Shown piece after piece: positions 60,403 through 64,000 of a stretch of 64,000 nucleotides of DNA (position 1 is the stretch's first letter; every line of letters starts with the position of its first letter). The stretch is taken from assembly GCA_031459385.1 (NCBI GenBank), contig JAVKIP010000016.1, forward strand, positions 11,286 to 75,285, read 5' to 3'. The stretch is from Candidatus Fervidifonticultor secundus. GTDB lineage: Bacteria; Sysuimicrobiota; Sysuimicrobiia; Sysuimicrobiales; Humicultoraceae. A program made the position numbers and the translations under genes. The notes under the pieces were generated by a model that ran no database searches, was not told the DNA's origin, and saw nothing but the letters and a program-made list of their open reading frames with translations.

Positions 60403-60546
60403 GGCATTGACACACTTGCCGCTTACCTTCAGCCCAATGGAGCCAAACATCTTGCCGACCGCCACGTTGCGGTCAGCAGCGAAGGCGTCGATGATCGACG
60501 CGAAGAGCGGGTGGCCGTCGGGCGACTTGGCCGGTTCCTTCTTCAT
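60403..60546 (-). pseudogene. TfoX/Sxy N-terminal-like gene truncated by the IS
   Basis: MKKEPAK...GKMFGSIGLKVSGK then runs into the IS IR. Confidence 0.6.
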
Positions 60547-60595
60547 CTTGGCTCCTTCGCTGGGCCCAGTCACGACGCGCGCGGGCCGATGCTCA

Positions 60596-61060
60596 TCAAT
60601 GATCCCCACGCCCCTCAACGTGCTCCTTCAATCCAGTGAGGATGGCAATTTGAGTCTGATGGAATTTCCGACGGACGAACGGGAGCATCAGACGCACGAA
60701 CCAGCGGCGCGGCCGAAACACGCTGGTAGCAGTGACCAGGGTTTCGTTCGACGCCTCGGGTTTCAGCAGGAAACCCGCAGTCCAGTCCGACACCATGCCT
60801 GAGAACCCGGTGCTGTCCCTGTCGATGCGCCACAGGATTCGGCTCTCGTGCTCGCAGGCCGAGCACCGTTCCTCAGTATGGCCGTCCTTCTTACCAATGC
60901 GGATGACACATCGACGCACCGCGCCTTGCTCGTGCTCGCCGCTGATGCTCGTCACGAATGGATGCCACGCCGCATGGACGGCAGGGTTCTTGATCGCCTG
61001 CCAGACCGTGCTGATGGGCGCCCGTACGACCATCTCGTCACGGATGTCTACTTCCGCCAT
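60596..61060 (-). CDS. SRPBCC (polyketide cyclase-like) family protein, cassette gene
   Basis: VRAPISTVWQAI......WHPFV...GAVRRC; AAGGAGG RBS immediately after attC3. Confidence 0.8.
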   Translation of the reverse strand: MAEVDIRDEMVVRAPISTVWQAIKNPAVHAAWHPFVTSISGEHEQGAVRRCVIRIGKKDGHTEERCSACEHESRILWRIDRDSTGFSGMVSDWTAGFLLKPEASNETLVTATSVFRPRRWFVRLMLPFVRRKFHQTQIAILTGLKEHVEGRGDH

Positions 61061-61078
61061 ACTGAACCTCCTTCAAGC

Positions 61079-61142
61079 GCCTAACGCTCCGGTTCAGCGG
61101 CGGGCCGCGCAGCGGACCCTCCGCTGCAACCGGTTGTTAGGC
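61079..61142 (-). mobile_element. attC site 3 (64 bp)
   Basis: Minus strand: GCCTAAC-AACCGGTTGCAGCGG...CCGCTGAACCGGAGC-GTTAGGC; extrahelical base on the gene-proximal arm. Confidence 0.92.
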
Positions 61143-61544
61143 CTTGCTCGCTGTATCCAACATTGGCTTGAAGCCGCCAGCGATAAGCCGCTTTCCGTCG
61201 AACACTGGCGGCCGGTTTTCGAACTGCATTCGAGGATCGCTGGTCACCTTCTCCATGCCTGCGTCCCTGGTGGCTTTGTCTGGCCACTCGACAAAAGACA
61301 CCACAACCGTCTCGTCTGCACGTGCGTCTGCAACCCGAGGGAAAGTGGCGTAGTTTTCGGACCCCAACCTTGCTGTGCTGGCATGGTACGTAGAGGCATC
61401 GGGCCCAGCGTCATCCAGCCAGCACTCAACCACCCGCGTCGCGCCGTACTCTCGTAGTACGTCGGCAGAAATGCGAGCCAGCTCTTCATACGCGGCCCTG
61501 TTCTCGATAGGAACCGGTGCGAGGTAGCAGTCAATGTAGGTCAT
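61137..61544 (-). CDS. DUF1428 (YbaA-like) protein, cassette gene
   Basis: YID....PVP..NRAAY...EYGATRVVECW...ETVVVSFVEWPDKATRD...DPRM...PVFDGKRLI.GGF; stop within R''. Confidence 0.88.
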   Translation of the reverse strand: MTYIDCYLAPVPIENRAAYEELARISADVLREYGATRVVECWLDDAGPDASTYHASTARLGSENYATFPRVADARADETVVVSFVEWPDKATRDAGMEKVTSDPRMQFENRPPVFDGKRLIAGGFKPMLDTASKA

Positions 61545-61563
61545 TCATGGTCCTTTCCGCGAG

Positions 61564-61605
61564 GCCTAACGAGTGGCGGCTGTCGGCTTGAGCCGCATGT
61601 TGGGC
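61564..61605 (-). mobile_element. attC site 4, internally deleted (42 bp)
   Basis: Minus strand: GCCCAAC-ATGCG-GCTCAAGCCGAC|AGCCGCCACTC-GTTAGGC; central hairpin and part of L' absent. Confidence 0.7.
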
Positions 61606-61692
61606 GGGCCTACACAACCCACGATTCGATCTCGAGTATGAACGTTGCTAATCTTGACCTCGCTTACCTGCAGAGCAGATGGAAGCGGCCAC

Positions 61693-62079
61693 CTAATTTC
61701 CTACCGCTTGCACAATTGACCATGCGATCGCGAATATGATGACTAGCCAGACGACAATCACCATAATCGCTCCAGCTCGGCTGATTGGTTCGCCTTGCCG
61801 CAATAACTCTTCAGCCTGCTGCCGAGCCTCAACTATTACTGCAGGCGGGATCATCTTCAAGGCAACAACGATACCCAAGGGTGTAATCACCAAGTCGTCG
61901 AGATAGCCAAGAACAGGAATAAAGTCTGGAATCAGGTCTATGGGGCTAAAAGTATGCGCTACCACCAGCCCCAGAAATGCCTTGGCGTACCAAGGAACTC
62001 GTGGATCACGAGCAGCAATGTACAGAGCATAGGCTTCTCGTTTCAGGGTACGGGCACGATCCTTAAGCCTGGCAATCAA
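61693..62079 (-). CDS. DUF1232 (YkvA) membrane protein, cassette gene
   Basis: DPRVPWYAK...SPIDLIPDFIPVLGYLDD; TTG start with AAGGAG RBS; visibly AT-richer. Confidence 0.9.
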   Translation of the reverse strand: MIARLKDRARTLKREAYALYIAARDPRVPWYAKAFLGLVVAHTFSPIDLIPDFIPVLGYLDDLVITPLGIVVALKMIPPAVIVEARQQAEELLRQGEPISRAGAIMVIVVWLVIIFAIAWSIVQAVGN

Positions 62080-62117
62080 GGCAACTCTCCTTGAGATTAC
62101 AAGTGTACGACTAGCCC

Positions 62118-62208
62118 GCCCAACGACCGGGCGCTGAGCCGCGGCGGCTGGGCGTCTCGCTCAACACCCGCATCTTGAATGCCGGCGGGCTCCAGCGCCT
62201 GGTTAGGC
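62118..62208 (-). mobile_element. attC site 5 (91 bp)
   Basis: Minus strand: GCCTAAC-CAGGC-GCTGGAGCC...GGCTCAGC-GCCCGGTC-GTTGGGC; the DUF2442 stop lies in R''. Confidence 0.85.
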
Positions 62209-62448
62209 CGTAACTCGGACATTCTCGTGCAAGAACTCCGGCGCGAAATCTGCCCCGTTTGGCCAGACGAGCGTCCGGAACTCAGGATGAATGCTAAATT
62301 GCTTGAAGAAGCTGACGTCCTTGAGGGGCTCCATGATGGGTCCTCGAAGAGCGGGGGCGAGATCTATCTCACCCGCGGTCCCATCGCGAAACCGGAGCCA
62401 CACGGTATGCGCCCGGACGTGCCGAGCCTCGACAATATGGTACCTCAT
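62203..62448 (-). CDS. DUF2442 protein (putative antitoxin)
   Basis: LRFRDGTAGEIDL...L.GPI.EPLKD..FF......TLVWPNGADFAPEFL. Confidence 0.85.
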   Translation of the reverse strand: MRYHIVEARHVRAHTVWLRFRDGTAGEIDLAPALRGPIMEPLKDVSFFKQFSIHPEFRTLVWPNGADFAPEFLHENVRVTA

Positions 62449-62453
62449 GGTCC

Positions 62454-62581
62454 TCACTCCAATGGCGCGATGCGCTTCAGCGGCTGCCCCTGCTGCGCCA
62501 GTTCCCAGTTCTCCAACAATTCTGCCTTGTGCAACTCAGCCCATTCAAGCACGAGCCGCAATGCTCGGGGCGACAACTCGC
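62454..62581 (-). pseudogene. 3' part of a DUF4160 gene interrupted by IS256
   Basis: (G)ELSPRALRLVLEWAELHKAELLENWELAQQGQPLKRIAPLE*; the frame rejoins 63998+ once the IS and one target copy are removed. Confidence 0.8.
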
Positions 62582-63989
62582 GAGGGTGTCCCGAGGTTAG
62601 TGGATTTTCGGGAGCACCCCTTGGTGGTCATTATGCCACCAACACTTTCTTTCCCTGCGTGATGACTTGCTGAAGCGCGATGCGCAATTGCGGCAACGCC
62701 CGATACCCCCGCAGCCGCCGCAACCGGGGTTCGATGTCCCACAGGGTCGTGGCCAGCCAGCGGTGCTTTTGATCGCTCGTGGTCCAGCGATCGACTTTGC
62801 CCACCCGCTGCTCCACCAGGGCGAGGATGGACTCCAGTCGGTTCGTCGTGGCCAGGCTCACCCCCAACCGATCGACGACGCCCAGCCGATGGAGCGTCAG
62901 CGTCTCCTCCAGCCCTTCGGCCAGACTGCGGGCCGCATCTTCGTTGAGCCGGCGCAGTTCCTGATGCAGACGTTGCAGCTCCGCTCGCGCCGCCTGGCAG
63001 GTCGGTTGGCGCCAGGCCCGCTGCAGCTTGGCCCGCCAGAGAGCCTGCAGGTGCTTGGGCAGGTAGTTCACCACGTTCTCACGCTTGTGCCAGATACACC
63101 GCTGGACCATGGCCTGGATCCCGAAGACCTCGCGCACCGCCCGGGCCAGCCCCTTGCCCCCGTCCAGCACCACCAGCAGGCCCCTATCCGTCCGCAGCCC
63201 GCGCGCCACCAAGCCCCGCAGGAAGGCGGCGCAGGTGGTCGCGTTCTCGGTGCCAGTCTGAACGACCCCCAGCACGACCTTCTCCCCGCCCAGGGTAATC
63301 CCCAGCGCGATCACCATCGTGTCGTCGGCAAACGTCTTACCGTCCAACACCAGGGCCACCAGATCATACTGGTCCAGCCGACGCTCCTGGAGCGCCTGGA
63401 GCCTGCGTGCCGTCGCCCGGATGTAGCGGCGAGAGACACTCGACCGGCTCAGCCCAAAGGCTTCCGGCACCGCCTCGGCGACGGCCCGGTAGTCCCGGCA
63501 GCTCAGCCCGTAGAGGATCCGCCGCAGCATTCCCTCATCCGTCGCCCGAGGGTGCTGCAACCGATGGTAGCTCTGCAGAGGCACCTCGACCCCGGCCTGC
63601 CGATTCCGGACGCGGGGCACCCACACCGGCAGTTTCTGGTCCGCCAAGTAGACCGAGCCCTGTTGCCGGCCCCACCGCACTACCTCCGGCGCCCCATCGC
63701 CGCGCGCATACCGTGGGCCGGCCAGGGCCACTACTTCCTGCTGGAGCACGTCCTCCACTGCCTGCAGCCCCACAGGAATCAAGGCCTGGATGAGGGCGAT
63801 GCGGGCATCCAGGGTCTCGAGGCCCGGCAGCCCTGCGGCGCTACCCGACCCCACCTTGCCATCCTGACCTATCCGCAGTACCTTGGGCATGGAGCAGCCT
63901 CCTTCGTGGTGTATTGGGCTTCCCCAAGAGATTCCGTTCACCACCCGGGGCGCTGCTCCTCGATTTTCCACTAACCTCGGGACACCCTC
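62582..63989 (-). mobile_element. Intact IS256-family element (1408 bp) with 8-bp target duplication
   Basis: 23-bp perfect IRs GAGGGTGTCCCGAGGTTAGTGGA; direct repeat CAACTCGC at 62574-62581 and 63990-63997. Confidence 0.93.
62631..63890 (-). CDS. IS256 (Mutator-type) DDE transposase
   Basis: LVLDG, VVLDGGKGL, QRCIWHK, TTNRLES motifs; uninterrupted 419 aa. Confidence 0.93.
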   Translation of the reverse strand: MPKVLRIGQDGKVGSGSAAGLPGLETLDARIALIQALIPVGLQAVEDVLQQEVVALAGPRYARGDGAPEVVRWGRQQGSVYLADQKLPVWVPRVRNRQAGVEVPLQSYHRLQHPRATDEGMLRRILYGLSCRDYRAVAEAVPEAFGLSRSSVSRRYIRATARRLQALQERRLDQYDLVALVLDGKTFADDTMVIALGITLGGEKVVLGVVQTGTENATTCAAFLRGLVARGLRTDRGLLVVLDGGKGLARAVREVFGIQAMVQRCIWHKRENVVNYLPKHLQALWRAKLQRAWRQPTCQAARAELQRLHQELRRLNEDAARSLAEGLEETLTLHRLGVVDRLGVSLATTNRLESILALVEQRVGKVDRWTTSDQKHRWLATTLWDIEPRLRRLRGYRALPQLRIALQQVITQGKKVLVA

Positions 63990-64000
63990 CAACTCGCCGT

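Noticed and set aside
58475..62208. Repeated hairpins as a CRISPR array or Rho-independent terminators
   Set aside because: Variable length and sequence, gene-sized spacing, no U-tracts and no cas genes; the R/L box structure fits attC
54260..64000. Prophage or ICE integrated at tRNA-Arg
   Set aside because: No integrase, phage or conjugation genes and no duplicated tRNA 3' end seen within the window; cannot be excluded beyond the edge

Overview
Very GC-rich bacterial chromosome segment (gene content resembles Armatimonadota/CSP1-3-like Terrabacteria; weak inference). 1-54335 is mostly core and metabolic: a rib operon extended by two hydrolases, Mn-type SOD, an ECF sigma/anti-sigma/periplasmic triad, a leucine-degradation (MCC/HMG-CoA lyase) operon, a protein-disulfide oxidoreductase with an in-frame TGA in a UxxC motif plus a SECIS-like hairpin (probable selenoprotein), fabF, a catabolic region (aminotransferase, dehydrogenase, three ABC systems, hydantoinase/oxoprolinase A+B, IclR, amidase with a small partner), tRNA-Leu(CAG), a DUF1998 helicase, rsmI, a Met-specifier T-box leading an archaeal-type split MetE pair and metG, tatD, an M48 peptidase, a TetR-RND efflux operon and tRNA-Arg(CCG). 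Downstream of tRNA-Arg the region is accessory. A duplicated SPW-repeat gene brackets an orphan SigB/F-like sigma factor and a beta-propeller lipoprotein. From about 58200 to the end lies a lower-GC, minus-strand integron-type cassette array with 5 attC sites (2 damaged), carrying HicBA, SRPBCC+TfoX-like, DUF1428, DUF1232 and DUF4160/DUF2442 cassettes, invaded by two different IS256-family elements. No integron integrase is in the window. All family calls are from motif recognition by eye; no database searches were run.
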